37,438 nt of DNA from a virus. Positions 1 through 8,274 of this stretch are shown here, one piece after another (within the stretch, counting starts at the first letter, position 1; every line of letters starts with the position of its first letter). The translations under genes were made by a program, and so were the position numbers. Under the pieces are notes generated by a model. That model worked only from the letters and a program-made list of their open reading frames with translations. It was not told the origin of the DNA and did not search any database. Where the stretch lies: UHGV virus genome UHGV-0041833, one strand, 5' to 3'.

Positions 1-102
1 GCGTATCCTTTTTTGTCTCCTCACCGTCTGGTCGGTGTCCTGCTGAGACTTATAACTTCCTGTTTTTGTTGGTGTAGTCCTTACACCGTCCAATCATGAT
101 TG

Positions 103-127
103 GCTGGCGGGAGTTGAACCCGAGTCC
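103..127 (-). other. Putative attachment-site core: minus-strand segment ggactcgggttcaactcccgccagc resembling the 3' T-arm end of tmRNA (ssrA)
   Basis: 24 of 25 nt match the E. coli ssrA 3' end as recalled from memory; neither flank continues as ssrA, so only a core-length fragment is present; lies 2 kb from int at the start of phage-like DNA. Confidence 0.35.
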
Positions 128-278
128 AAATATCACTAACTTGATGTAATTAATGATTTTTTCGACATTAACTATCTTGCGGATCTTACACGTATCTTTT
201 ACTGTTATATCCCAGTCTTCATAACCAACTATGAATAGTAGATAATCTATAAATCCATCGTATAAGAATGACATCGCT

Positions 279-1190
279 ATGACCATACTGGTACCCCCAA
301 GCAAATTTTGCATTTACTCAGATGATTCTAGGGCTGGGACATTGAACTTCATCAACTCGATTGAATCGATTGGAGTAAAAAATAAAGGTCGAGTTATAGT
401 TGATTTGTCCAAGGTAAAATTTGCCTCAGCTGCGGCATCGGTACTGTTCTTTGCCATAGTAAATAGAGCTCAATTTTTAACCCGGGACCCTAATTTTATA
501 CGTTTTAAATGGCCTAAAAAGGATGATAACCCATCTGGGCATAGATGGATCGTTGGTACTGGACTTGCTCGTGCTTTGCTTGCTGGCACAGAAGAGAAAC
601 TGAATGCACTTACGAGGGAGGAACGATACTTTCAGTCAGCTGTCGAACCTTACGAGCATATTGTTGAAACAGTACTCATGCTGCAGAAAAGTGCTCTGCT
701 TAATAATGAACAGTTAGGCTTACTGCTGACAGCGATTAGTGAAGCTTTGCTCAATGTTTCTCATCATGCGTATGAAGATGAGGGGTTCGAGTCAGATATT
801 CAGCTTCTCAAAGGTAAACGATGGTGGCAGTGCGCTTGGTTCAATCGTGATGAAAATAAAGTCGTTTTTATCGTTTGTGACCTTGGATTGGGGATTTATA
901 GAAGTTTCGTGCCTAATGGTGATGGTCATAGCATTCAAAACGAAGTATCTTCTGTGGAAAGAGCTATGTTAGTAGGGGAATCCCGCTTTGTTGGTTCCGG
1001 ACGGGGAAATGGCTCTGAAGATATCAAGAGACCTATTGGGGCAGGTTGTGAGGATAATGAGACACTTCTGATACTAACAGGAAGGGCTCGTTATAGCTAT
1101 AATTCTAATGACAGTAGTCCTCGATGTGAGAAGCTAGCTGAGTACATACCGGGTACTTTACTACAATGGTCGCTGGTTCCCAGGAGATGA
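279..1190 (+). CDS. GHKL (histidine-kinase/anti-sigma-factor kinase-like) ATPase-domain protein with STAS-like N-terminal segment; cargo gene 1
   Basis: 303-aa ORF; C-terminal half has N-box-like EALLNVSHHA, G1-like CDLGLGI, G2-like GSGRGNG; N-terminal VIVDLSKVKFASAAAS resembles STAS motif; AT-rich versus phage core; first of three tightly spaced genes. Confidence 0.5.
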   Translation: MTILVPPSKFCIYSDDSRAGTLNFINSIESIGVKNKGRVIVDLSKVKFASAAASVLFFAIVNRAQFLTRDPNFIRFKWPKKDDNPSGHRWIVGTGLARALLAGTEEKLNALTREERYFQSAVEPYEHIVETVLMLQKSALLNNEQLGLLLTAISEALLNVSHHAYEDEGFESDIQLLKGKRWWQCAWFNRDENKVVFIVCDLGLGIYRSFVPNGDGHSIQNEVSSVERAMLVGESRFVGSGRGNGSEDIKRPIGAGCEDNETLLILTGRARYSYNSNDSSPRCEKLAEYIPGTLLQWSLVPRR

Positions 1191-1194
1191 TTTT

Positions 1195-1521
1195 ATGAGA
1201 AATATCGTCATAGCGAAGGAGTTCTCCAGAACACCTTTCGGACGTTACACAACGGATAGCCCACACAGTGCGGAAAGATTTCGTAGAGAGTTTTTGGTGC
1301 CTGCGCTGAAGGGTACTGAACAGGAGATTGTGGTTGATTTTCGCGGTATAGCACTGGGTGTTGGTTCCTCTTTCTTAGAAGAGGCGTTTGGAGGTCTCAT
1401 CCGTAAGGAAGGGATACCTAAAGCCAACGTTAAAGCACGTTTGATTATAAAAAGTGATGTTCCGTTCTACAAAGAACAGATTGATAAATTTATTGATTTA
1501 GCACAACCAGAAAGAGTATAA
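1195..1521 (+). CDS. STAS-like (DUF4325-type) small protein; cargo gene 2
   Basis: 108-aa ORF starting 4 nt after previous stop with AGGAGA SD 7 nt upstream; VVDFRGIALGVGSSFLEEAFGGL resembles STAS-like partner-switching domains. Confidence 0.5.
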   Translation: MRNIVIAKEFSRTPFGRYTTDSPHSAERFRREFLVPALKGTEQEIVVDFRGIALGVGSSFLEEAFGGLIRKEGIPKANVKARLIIKSDVPFYKEQIDKFIDLAQPERV

Positions 1522-1531
1522 GAGGCGATAG

Positions 1532-2149
1532 TTGATCAGTACGGAACCAATGTCATTAGTAGCACAAATAGGACAGTATTCGTGGTGTATCACAGTAGTT
1601 AGCGTCTGCTTAGTTTTCATTGGATGGCGAGTTGCGTACAATAATTCTGTAAAACTGGCGACACGTTCTGAATCGAAATCAATTATTGATGCTATTTCAA
1701 AGTTAGTTATTGAAATTTCTGATATTTCTTCTAACTATTGGCTCAGTCAGACAACTCAACCTAAAATTAGAGCATCAAAGCATCGATTGTTAAGGTTGCA
1801 AAAGGATAGAACAAAGGCTTCTGTTTCATACTTGTTAACTATCTTGGCTAAAGCTCAACAAGTTTCCAAACTGATTTGCATTTTGGAAAGCAGAGGACTG
1901 TATATACCTGACGAGGTGTTCTCATCTGTACTAGAGAAAGCAACTCTGGATTGTGAGGTCGCTCACAAGCTTTCAGATGCCGATCGCCCGGTTAAAGCAC
2001 AAGAAGTAATTGATGCTTGTATGGGAGTTATCGAAGCGTTACATACTTCTTTTCAAAGGTACCACCCTCCCAAAAAGGATCGTACCTTTATGCAAAGGTT
2101 AAAAATTTGGTTTCAAACAGTAGACGATTGGCATAATGACTTAAAATAA
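1532..2149 (+). CDS. Single-pass membrane protein with helical cytoplasmic domain; cargo gene 3
   Basis: 205-aa ORF; TTG start with AGAGG SD 6 nt upstream (alternative ATG at 1550); one predicted TM helix SWCITVVSVCLVFIGW; 3' end overlaps the int stop codon by 9 nt (convergent). Confidence 0.5.
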   Translation: MISTEPMSLVAQIGQYSWCITVVSVCLVFIGWRVAYNNSVKLATRSESKSIIDAISKLVIEISDISSNYWLSQTTQPKIRASKHRLLRLQKDRTKASVSYLLTILAKAQQVSKLICILESRGLYIPDEVFSSVLEKATLDCEVAHKLSDADRPVKAQEVIDACMGVIEALHTSFQRYHPPKKDRTFMQRLKIWFQTVDDWHNDLK

Positions 2150-3313
2150 AGCCTTTTTATCCTTGATACTTGCCCTCCCATCATACTCTTTCAAGTATTG
2201 TCCATAGTGCCTGAATAACATTTCAGGCCCTTTATGGCCCATTTGAGCCGCAAGCCAAAACAGGTTTGCTCCCCGGCTGATATGGCTGGTGGCGAATGTA
2301 TGCCTGGTTTGATATGGGTTTCTGTAACGAATACCTGCTTTTCGCAATGTTGGCACCCATGCTTTTTTCCTAATTGCATCAGCACTTGCCCAGGGTTTAT
2401 TGGTCTTTGGATCTTCAAAGACAGTAGCATCCTTCATGAATGTAAATGGCTTCTGGTTTATCAACGCCAACATTGCTTCTTCAGTCAGTTCAACTTTACG
2501 GGTACCGGCTTTTGTCTTTGTTCCTTTGATAACTCCGACAACACTTGCGCTCTGAACATGGGCTGTTTTTCCAACAAAGTCGATATCATGCCATCGTAGG
2601 GCACATAATTCAGAACTACGCAGGCCTGTATGTATGGCGAACCGGAACAGATTTTCCCATTGTTTGTTTCCGGCTGCTGCTAGTAATGCATCAACTTCTG
2701 CTGGTGATAGCGGATCAACCACATAGCTGCTTTCTGCTTCTGACTTATCACTTTGGTAGCGCGAAGCTGTTACTAACGATACGGGGTTAATTTGAAGTAC
2801 CCCATCGGTCACGGCTTCATCAAGTGCTGACCGTAGGAAAGATAACTGGTTGCGAATGGTTTTTAAGGTTGTTTTCTGGCTTTGAATCCACGCTTTCAGG
2901 GTTGCTGGTGTTAATTCACTTGCAGGGCAAATGTGAAGTGAGGCTAACGCACTACGGCATTTTTTATAGCCACCAATCGTAGAGGGTGAAAGTTTTCTTG
3001 TTTCGCAGATTTCAAGATATTCGTCCAGGTACATCTTTACCGTTTTGCTTGCAGCAGCATTACCAAAAATTTTCAAACGAGCAGAACGGGGAAAATATTC
3101 TGCATAAATGAATGTTCCCCTTTCGATCTTATTATGGATTTCGCCGAGTGTACGCTCGGCGTATTTAATGTTCTTTGGTGTTACTTCCAGATTGGAAAGC
3201 GGCTCACGACATCTAACTCCTTTGTAGGTGAAAGTTATATTGATCGTTTCTCCCTGGTGGTGTTTCCTGATTGTTACGCCGCGCGGTAGTTTGAGCAGTT
3301 TTGTCTGGCCCAT
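2141..3313 (-). CDS. int: Tyrosine integrase (phage integrase family with N-terminal arm-binding domain)
   Basis: 390 aa; ATG at 3313 with GAGG SD; C-terminal catalytic region with R...H..R...Y-type motifs (HTFATSHISRGANL, FRHYGQY); overlapped at its 5' end by the xis ORF. Confidence 0.9.
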   Translation of the reverse strand: MGQTKLLKLPRGVTIRKHHQGETINITFTYKGVRCREPLSNLEVTPKNIKYAERTLGEIHNKIERGTFIYAEYFPRSARLKIFGNAAASKTVKMYLDEYLEICETRKLSPSTIGGYKKCRSALASLHICPASELTPATLKAWIQSQKTTLKTIRNQLSFLRSALDEAVTDGVLQINPVSLVTASRYQSDKSEAESSYVVDPLSPAEVDALLAAAGNKQWENLFRFAIHTGLRSSELCALRWHDIDFVGKTAHVQSASVVGVIKGTKTKAGTRKVELTEEAMLALINQKPFTFMKDATVFEDPKTNKPWASADAIRKKAWVPTLRKAGIRYRNPYQTRHTFATSHISRGANLFWLAAQMGHKGPEMLFRHYGQYLKEYDGRASIKDKKALF

Positions 3314-3480
3314 TTTGCAACCTCACTAAGATCAATCCACCTCTCCTTAACGCCTTCAACCTTTAAAACCTGAACACCTTCACGCCAAACACCGCGCTGT
3401 ACACGTTTGTTTATTGCTTCAGGAGTTTCGCCAGTTTCTTTGCAATAAGTTGAGATAGGAACACAATCGAGGTTCAGCAT
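3274..3480 (-). CDS. xis: Excisionase-like small DNA-binding protein
   Basis: 68 aa from ATG 3480 (GGAG SD 6 nt upstream; alternative starts 3492, 3519); overlaps int start by 40 nt; small basic winged-helix-like protein in canonical xis position. Confidence 0.55.
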   Translation of the reverse strand: MLNLDCVPISTYCKETGETPEAINKRVQRGVWREGVQVLKVEGVKERWIDLSEVAKWARQNCSNYRAA

Positions 3481-3521
3481 ACGTTTCTCCATTATCCCGT
3501 CTGCACACGGGAGCAACATTA

Positions 3522-4388
3522 TTAACGAATAGTGTCGTTACTTTGAAGTACAGCAAATGCCATTAATACTTCTAAAGTATATCTTCTATAAAATTTAACA
3601 AAACCAACATAGAAAACATAGACGAAGAAAAAGCTAAGCATTATTGAAAGTAAACTATAAAGATAATCACTATGAGTACATAATCGATAAATAAAGGTTG
3701 GAACTGATACCCAAAATGAAATTATAAAGATTAAACATATGTTTCTGCAAAAACCATATAATGCAACATAGTTTTGAATTTTTGTTTGATGTTGTTTTGA
3801 AAACTCATAAACATAATGATATGCCAATCTGAAGAGATCATCATCAAGTCCGTTTTTATCTTGTAATAATTGGCGATTTGTTATGAACTTTTTCTCATAA
3901 CCTTCTTTGATCATTAACCATGTTGTATTAGCTAAATGAAATGGTAGAGATTGAGAATAACATAGTTTTTGTGTTATAAAATCCCATAGTATTATTGGAC
4001 ATAATACGCATTTGATTATGCGATTCTTTATTTTTGTTTTTTTATCAGCGCTTCTCTCATCGCATGATGGGCTACAAATGCTTTCTGAGGTATCTATCAA
4101 TTTTTTAAATAGATATTTGGAAGGATATCCTAATTCTTTATTCATGTATTTTTCGATAAAAAATGCTGACGTGATAGAAATAAAATGTCCAGCTATATAA
4201 GATATAATAACTATTGAAGCGTAGTTCAAAATGCCAAAGATTTGACTTTGACCTCTGAGCAATTCACTTAAGTCAATAACAATATCTAGATCGAATGTCA
4301 AACCACAGAAATACATTAATAGGATAAAAAAACCACCTGGTATTAAATATCCAAGAAAGTCATAGAATGAGAATGGATTTTGATTCAT
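3522..4388 (-). CDS. Polytopic inner-membrane protein of unknown function (AT-rich cargo gene upstream of xis-int)
   Basis: 288 aa from ATG 4388 with GGAGA SD; several hydrophobic helices at N- and C-termini; strongly AT-rich; 108-bp AT-rich upstream intergenic region with promoter-like hexamers. Confidence 0.6.
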   Translation of the reverse strand: MNQNPFSFYDFLGYLIPGGFFILLMYFCGLTFDLDIVIDLSELLRGQSQIFGILNYASIVIISYIAGHFISITSAFFIEKYMNKELGYPSKYLFKKLIDTSESICSPSCDERSADKKTKIKNRIIKCVLCPIILWDFITQKLCYSQSLPFHLANTTWLMIKEGYEKKFITNRQLLQDKNGLDDDLFRLAYHYVYEFSKQHQTKIQNYVALYGFCRNICLIFIISFWVSVPTFIYRLCTHSDYLYSLLSIMLSFFFVYVFYVGFVKFYRRYTLEVLMAFAVLQSNDTIR

Positions 4389-4496
4389 TGTTGCTCTCCA
4401 ATAATTTTTCAATTTGTAATATAACCTATATCTATATGTTAATAAATTACTTATATGTTCTTTTATGGCAGAGTTTGAATTCGTACGTGCTGATTT

Positions 4497-5021
4497 TTAC
4501 GACTCAGTTAACTCTTTAAAGCGTTCCATAAACATCCCATAGGTATGGCCTGGCGACAGTGGAATAACTTTGAACATCTCTGTTGCCGGGATACCTTCCA
4601 GTACGGGCCAGAAAGAGCCATCATCAAGCCCGAGATCGCGGCGTTCGGTTGCCAGCATGATGAGATCGGCATATTTCACGGGCGTACTCATAACCGGGGG
4701 TAACCCGTATTTCTCACGGATTACGGCGTCTATTTTTTCTTCCATCCGTTTATAGTCAGGAAGAAGGCGTTTCAGTGGCGCCGGGATGTCCTGGCAATAC
4801 GCTTCTGTTGCATCATGCATTAACGCTTCAAAAGCAAATTCCTGCGGTACCAGTTGGCTGCAAAGCACCGCATGTTGGGCGACGCTGTAGAAATGTGAAA
4901 GATGTCCTGCAAAGCGACAGATATTTGAAAGAGAAACCGCGATATCGTTAATAACGATGTCGTCTTTATTTATCCTGTCATAATAAAAATGCTTCCCGGA
5001 AAAAGTTTTAATAAATGACAT
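4497..5021 (-). CDS. HD-domain phosphohydrolase (YfbR/YfdR-like 5'-deoxynucleotidase family)
   Basis: 174 aa from ATG 5021 (GGAG SD; the track ORF begins at an upstream GTG 5048); H...HD metal-binding signature (GHLSHFYSVAQH ... LMHDATEAY). Confidence 0.7.
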   Translation of the reverse strand: MSFIKTFSGKHFYYDRINKDDIVINDIAVSLSNICRFAGHLSHFYSVAQHAVLCSQLVPQEFAFEALMHDATEAYCQDIPAPLKRLLPDYKRMEEKIDAVIREKYGLPPVMSTPVKYADLIMLATERRDLGLDDGSFWPVLEGIPATEMFKVIPLSPGHTYGMFMERFKELTES

Positions 5022-5114
5022 TTTGTTCTCCACGTATATGCGCTGCACCGCGCTGAATTCTGGTAAAAGAAAGCCCTCACCATCCGGCGATTATTGAGTC
5101 AATTACGTTTCCAT

Positions 5115-5136
5115 AAATGCCCCCGCAGGGGCATTT
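5115..5136. other. Perfect 9-bp stem/4-nt loop hairpin between the DUF2303-like and HD genes
   Basis: aaatgcccc cgca ggggcattt; no long T-run on either strand. Confidence 0.4.
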
Positions 5137-5148
5137 GCAGTAATGAAA

Positions 5149-5973
5149 TCAGGCGGTAAAAGTACCAATAAAGGTTTCTACTTTGCTGTCCTTGAATTTC
5201 TCAACAAGCAGATCACGAAATTCGTTAGCCATTTCTTCCTGCACTGCTTCCAGCTGAATAATGCGCAGAACCAGTACAGGACGATCGCCAGTGATAATGC
5301 TGAGGCGTAATTTAAACGGACGTTCTTTCAGGCCTTCAAACGGAACGCATTTAAATTCAAATGCCACTGGCATAATATCTTTGGTCTTCGCTTCGACAGA
5401 CTCCATCAGGGAGCGTTTGCCGCTGAAGTCATTGTCTTCAAAATCAGCGGTCTGGTTTGCTTCAATCGTGATTTTACGGACTGCCGCAGCCGCTTTTGTT
5501 GCCTGAATGGCATCACCATTAGCATCAAAGCCCACAAGGTAGTCGGCCCAGTCTTCAATCCATTCTGCCAGTGACTTCTGGGAGTTACGCTCGCCGTTAA
5601 CAGACAACAGAGCAGAGAACGGTGCTGTCTTTTTCAGTTTGAGAGTGGCGGTGTTATCTGCGTGACCAGGCTCATCAATAGTACCCAGGTTAAGCACACT
5701 GACGGCACGCATATTATCGGCATCGATAAAGCAGCGGGTGCCTTCATCCGCAAGATCTTTAGAATAACGGGTAAAGTCATCGATGCTGGCAGTGGAAAGC
5801 GCACCACGGAAACGGAAGCGATTTAAATTAAATTTTTCCAGATCATGAATGCGGAAATTTTCAGGTAATGCCACTGCGTCGGCACCAATCTTACTGATAA
5901 TTTCATTAACACCCTGAGCAGAAATAAGGGCATGGATTTGATTAATTGCGGTTGCGTCTAAGTTCTGAGACAT
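5149..5973 (-). CDS. DUF2303 (YfdQ-like) phage early protein
   Basis: 274 aa; ATG with GAGGA SD; position and length match the YfdQ-type gene of CPS-53-like prophages. Confidence 0.6.
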   Translation of the reverse strand: MSQNLDATAINQIHALISAQGVNEIISKIGADAVALPENFRIHDLEKFNLNRFRFRGALSTASIDDFTRYSKDLADEGTRCFIDADNMRAVSVLNLGTIDEPGHADNTATLKLKKTAPFSALLSVNGERNSQKSLAEWIEDWADYLVGFDANGDAIQATKAAAAVRKITIEANQTADFEDNDFSGKRSLMESVEAKTKDIMPVAFEFKCVPFEGLKERPFKLRLSIITGDRPVLVLRIIQLEAVQEEMANEFRDLLVEKFKDSKVETFIGTFTA

Positions 5974-6038
5974 AATAAGTCCTCACTATATAAAGATATT
6001 CAGTGATGAGATAAATAATCAGTTAATTAAGAACGATA

Positions 6039-6401
6039 TTAATGACCTGCTGCGCGGAGTTTTCCGTCAGGTTCACCGGCAAGAGTCAGTAATTGTCCCT
6101 GGTCTTCCTGCAGAATAGTCAGGCGACCACCGCGATTGACATACATCGGCGTTTCGGTGGTGTCTTCTTCGGAAATTTTCCCGCGGTTAGTCGGACGAAC
6201 ATATGAGAGTTTGTGTTTTATTTTCACACGGTTCTCATCAAACGGTTCGATTTCCAGGTTGAGCGAGACCTTACCTTTGGTTTTCGTGTTCATCACACCG
6301 GAAGCGACTTCACTGAGAACTGCGCCGATTTTGGTTTCAAATACGCCGCCGTCCAGCTCCCCGATAAATTCCTGCACGTTGGTACTGCGTTCGCTAGCCA
6401 T
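6039..6401 (-). CDS. Hypothetical early protein (YfdP-like), first gene of the early-left operon
   Basis: 120 aa from ATG 6401 with AGGAG SD 7 nt upstream; the longer in-frame reading to 6719 is low-complexity and GC-rich and lacks an SD. Confidence 0.55.
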   Translation of the reverse strand: MASERSTNVQEFIGELDGGVFETKIGAVLSEVASGVMNTKTKGKVSLNLEIEPFDENRVKIKHKLSYVRPTNRGKISEEDTTETPMYVNRGGRLTILQEDQGQLLTLAGEPDGKLRAAGH

Positions 6402-6869
6402 TTTGCTGCTCCTCATCATATCGACCCTGCAAGGTCGGTTGGTTTCTCCACAAAACAGAGAAGAACACCTGCGGTGGCAGCCGCCCGGGTGGATTGGGTT
6501 ATGAGCCCGTCGTCCGGTGATGCTCTTCTCTGTTTTGTAAAAAGAGCGGTACCAGCCGGAAGCAAGGGTACAAGCTGGTACCGCCAGGACTACACACAGC
6601 ATAAAGTTGTGGTGCCGGGTGCCTCCCGGTGCCTGGCGAAGGTTGCACACCAGGCGGGTGGGTATCCACAGAAGGTCGACTGTCAGCCTCAACCTTAACC
6701 CGCGTGCGCTGAGCCGCATTCACCACAACGCTAAGGATTCTCTCTGGTTGAAAATACTTAGCTGTTATGTGCCTGCTTTTAGCCACATCAGGCGAGGTGG
6801 GCCTGGTTATTCCCCAACAACAAGGATTCGGCTAATCTGGATGACTCTGTTCTTAGAGGGGATAATTAA
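6402..6869. other. GC-rich, hairpin-dense non-coding region (candidate early-left promoter/leader or structured RNA)
   Basis: About 470 bp with no convincing ORF on either strand, multiple stable stem-loops, and operator-like half-site GGTACAAG identical to the OR1 right half. Confidence 0.3.
6546..6584. repeat. 11-bp perfect inverted repeat gcggtaccagc / gctggtaccgc with 17-nt spacer
   Basis: Direct reading; the spacer contains GGTACAAG; each arm contains palindromic GGTACC. Confidence 0.6.
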
Positions 6870-7382
6870 ATGGGAGCGATTTATGTTAAACGTTTGATTC
6901 TGTCGGTAGCACTGATAATACCGATAGCATCCAATGCTTCTGATGCTTTGAACCAGCCGAGCAGTAGTCTAAATGATGGTGTTGAGACTTTTTTTATTTC
7001 CTGCTTTGATATGCCTCAGGAAACAACTACTGATATGGACGCTTGTCAGAGAGTTCAGTTAGCTCAGGTTAGTTGGGTTAAGAATAAGTATTCGGTGGCC
7101 GCCCTGAATCGTTTGAAACAAGACAACAAGGATGATCCACAGCGTCTGCAGGAATTAACTGCTTCTTTTAACGCGGAAAGTGAAGCTTGGACAGAATTAA
7201 TTGAGAAAGCGTCAAAGTCCGTCCAGGTTGATTATGCAGGAGGAACTATAGCTGGCACTGCAGTTGCATCACGTCAAATTGGTCTTCTGGAATTACAATC
7301 CCACGATATCTGGGAGCACTGGCTACGATTCGAGGACTCAACTCCTCCTCTTTTGCCAGAACCAAAGTTCAAATCTGAGTAA
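6870..7382 (+). CDS. Secreted periplasmic protein with cleavable signal peptide (possibly DUF1311/LprI-like); moron
   Basis: 170 aa; GAGGGG SD; N-terminal signal peptide MGAIYVKRLILSVALIIPIASNA; own terminator downstream; opposite orientation to neighbouring early genes. Confidence 0.6.
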   Translation: MGAIYVKRLILSVALIIPIASNASDALNQPSSSLNDGVETFFISCFDMPQETTTDMDACQRVQLAQVSWVKNKYSVAALNRLKQDNKDDPQRLQELTASFNAESEAWTELIEKASKSVQVDYAGGTIAGTAVASRQIGLLELQSHDIWEHWLRFEDSTPPLLPEPKFKSE

Positions 7383-7408
7383 TAAGTCATCCAGATTGTT
7401 AAAGAGCG

Positions 7409-7432
7409 AAGCGTCCTATAGGGCGCTTTTTT
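7409..7432 (+). terminator. Rho-independent terminator after the secreted-protein gene
   Basis: 8-bp stem (aagcgtcc/gggcgctt) with tata loop followed by TTTTTT. Confidence 0.6.
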
Positions 7433-7549
7433 GTTGCTAACGAATCATCCTGGACTTCATATGCCCCAGGCGGCTACTTCGTGGGCGTCCTGCCTGTTTG
7501 TTGTTTCTCTTGGGTACATTATGTATCTCAAAGGTATATTATCAAGTAT

Positions 7550-7572
7550 AAAAAAACCTGCCGAAGCAGGTT
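7550..7572 (-). terminator. Rho-independent terminator downstream of cI (minus strand)
   Basis: cctgc cgaa gcagg hairpin preceded on the plus strand by A7, giving a U-tract on the minus-strand transcript. Confidence 0.55.
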
Positions 7573-7584
7573 CATAAACATTGA

Positions 7585-8259
7585 TTAGGCTTTGATTTTG
7601 TATCTTCTTGGTTTTCCTGAGAAAATCACAGTACCAATTATAGAGCAATTACCGTTGATCTTAATGTAAGGCTCAGGCCAGTTTGGGTTTAACGCTTTGA
7701 GATAACGCTGTGTCCCATCTTCTATCAACCTTTTGAAGGTGGTTTCACCTGTATCGTGCATCAATGCAATAACGTCGTCACCGTGGCAGGCAGGTACTTC
7801 AGGATCGACAAAAATCATGTCTCCCGGGCGGTACTCATCAATCATTGAATCACCTATCACCCGCAAGATATAAGTCATTTCCCCACAGGGTACAGGGCAG
7901 GGATACGTTTCTGCTGTGCTCAAATCAACCTCAGAATATCCAACTTCTTTCCATGCTCCGGCCTGTACCCATGATATGACAGGGACTAATGTGATTTGTT
8001 TATTAGTGATTGAAACATCAGGTTTTTTTGTGATGTTCGTTGTCTGGTGTTCTTGATCGAGCCATCCGACAGGCAGGTCGAAACATTTTTCGATGTGTCG
8101 TGCCATGCTGTCACCGATATTTTTAGTAGCACCATCTCCCATAAACCTGCTGGTCTGGGTTGGCTCGCGATCAATCATAGTGGCAAAGGAAGAATTCCCG
8201 CCAACACCATCTCTCAGTTTTCTGGCGTTAGACCGCCGGATGTCATGGATTGTTTTCAT
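7585..8259 (-). CDS. cI: CI-type repressor (N-terminal HTH, C-terminal S24 LexA-like autopeptidase domain)
   Basis: 224 aa; Ala-Gly cleavage-site-like WVQAGAW, Ser nucleophile motif GDSM, downstream Lys; divergent from cro across operator region. Confidence 0.85.
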   Translation of the reverse strand: MKTIHDIRRSNARKLRDGVGGNSSFATMIDREPTQTSRFMGDGATKNIGDSMARHIEKCFDLPVGWLDQEHQTTNITKKPDVSITNKQITLVPVISWVQAGAWKEVGYSEVDLSTAETYPCPVPCGEMTYILRVIGDSMIDEYRPGDMIFVDPEVPACHGDDVIALMHDTGETTFKRLIEDGTQRYLKALNPNWPEPYIKINGNCSIIGTVIFSGKPRRYKIKA

Positions 8260-8274
8260 AACGAAATTAAAACC

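Noticed and set aside
60-135. Possible complete tRNA or tmRNA gene at the window start
   Set aside because: Only the T-arm/3'-end-like 25 nt match; upstream sequence is AT-rich with no D-arm or anticodon stem, and the 3' side lacks the CCA-proximal acceptor sequence.
50-313. 87-aa minus-strand ORF at the left edge
   Set aside because: Spans the att-core fragment and AT-rich promoter region, has no RBS, and its reading across the ssrA-like core is fortuitous.
2191-2790. Minus and plus track ORFs inside and antisense to int (2191..2430, 2234..2599, 2545..2790)
   Set aside because: Embedded in or antisense to a clearly coding integrase gene; no RBS.
6039-6719. 226-aa version of the YfdP-like ORF extending into the GC-rich region
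   Set aside because: N-terminal 106 codons are low-complexity and GC-driven with no RBS, whereas ATG 6401 has a well-spaced AGGAG; short gene preferred.
6136-6897. Plus-strand track ORFs 6136..6504, 6213..6698, 6607..6897 and minus ORF 6499..6786
   Set aside because: Overlapping ORFs in several frames without RBSs in a GC-rich segment; the first two are antisense to the YfdP-like gene. Treated as non-coding.
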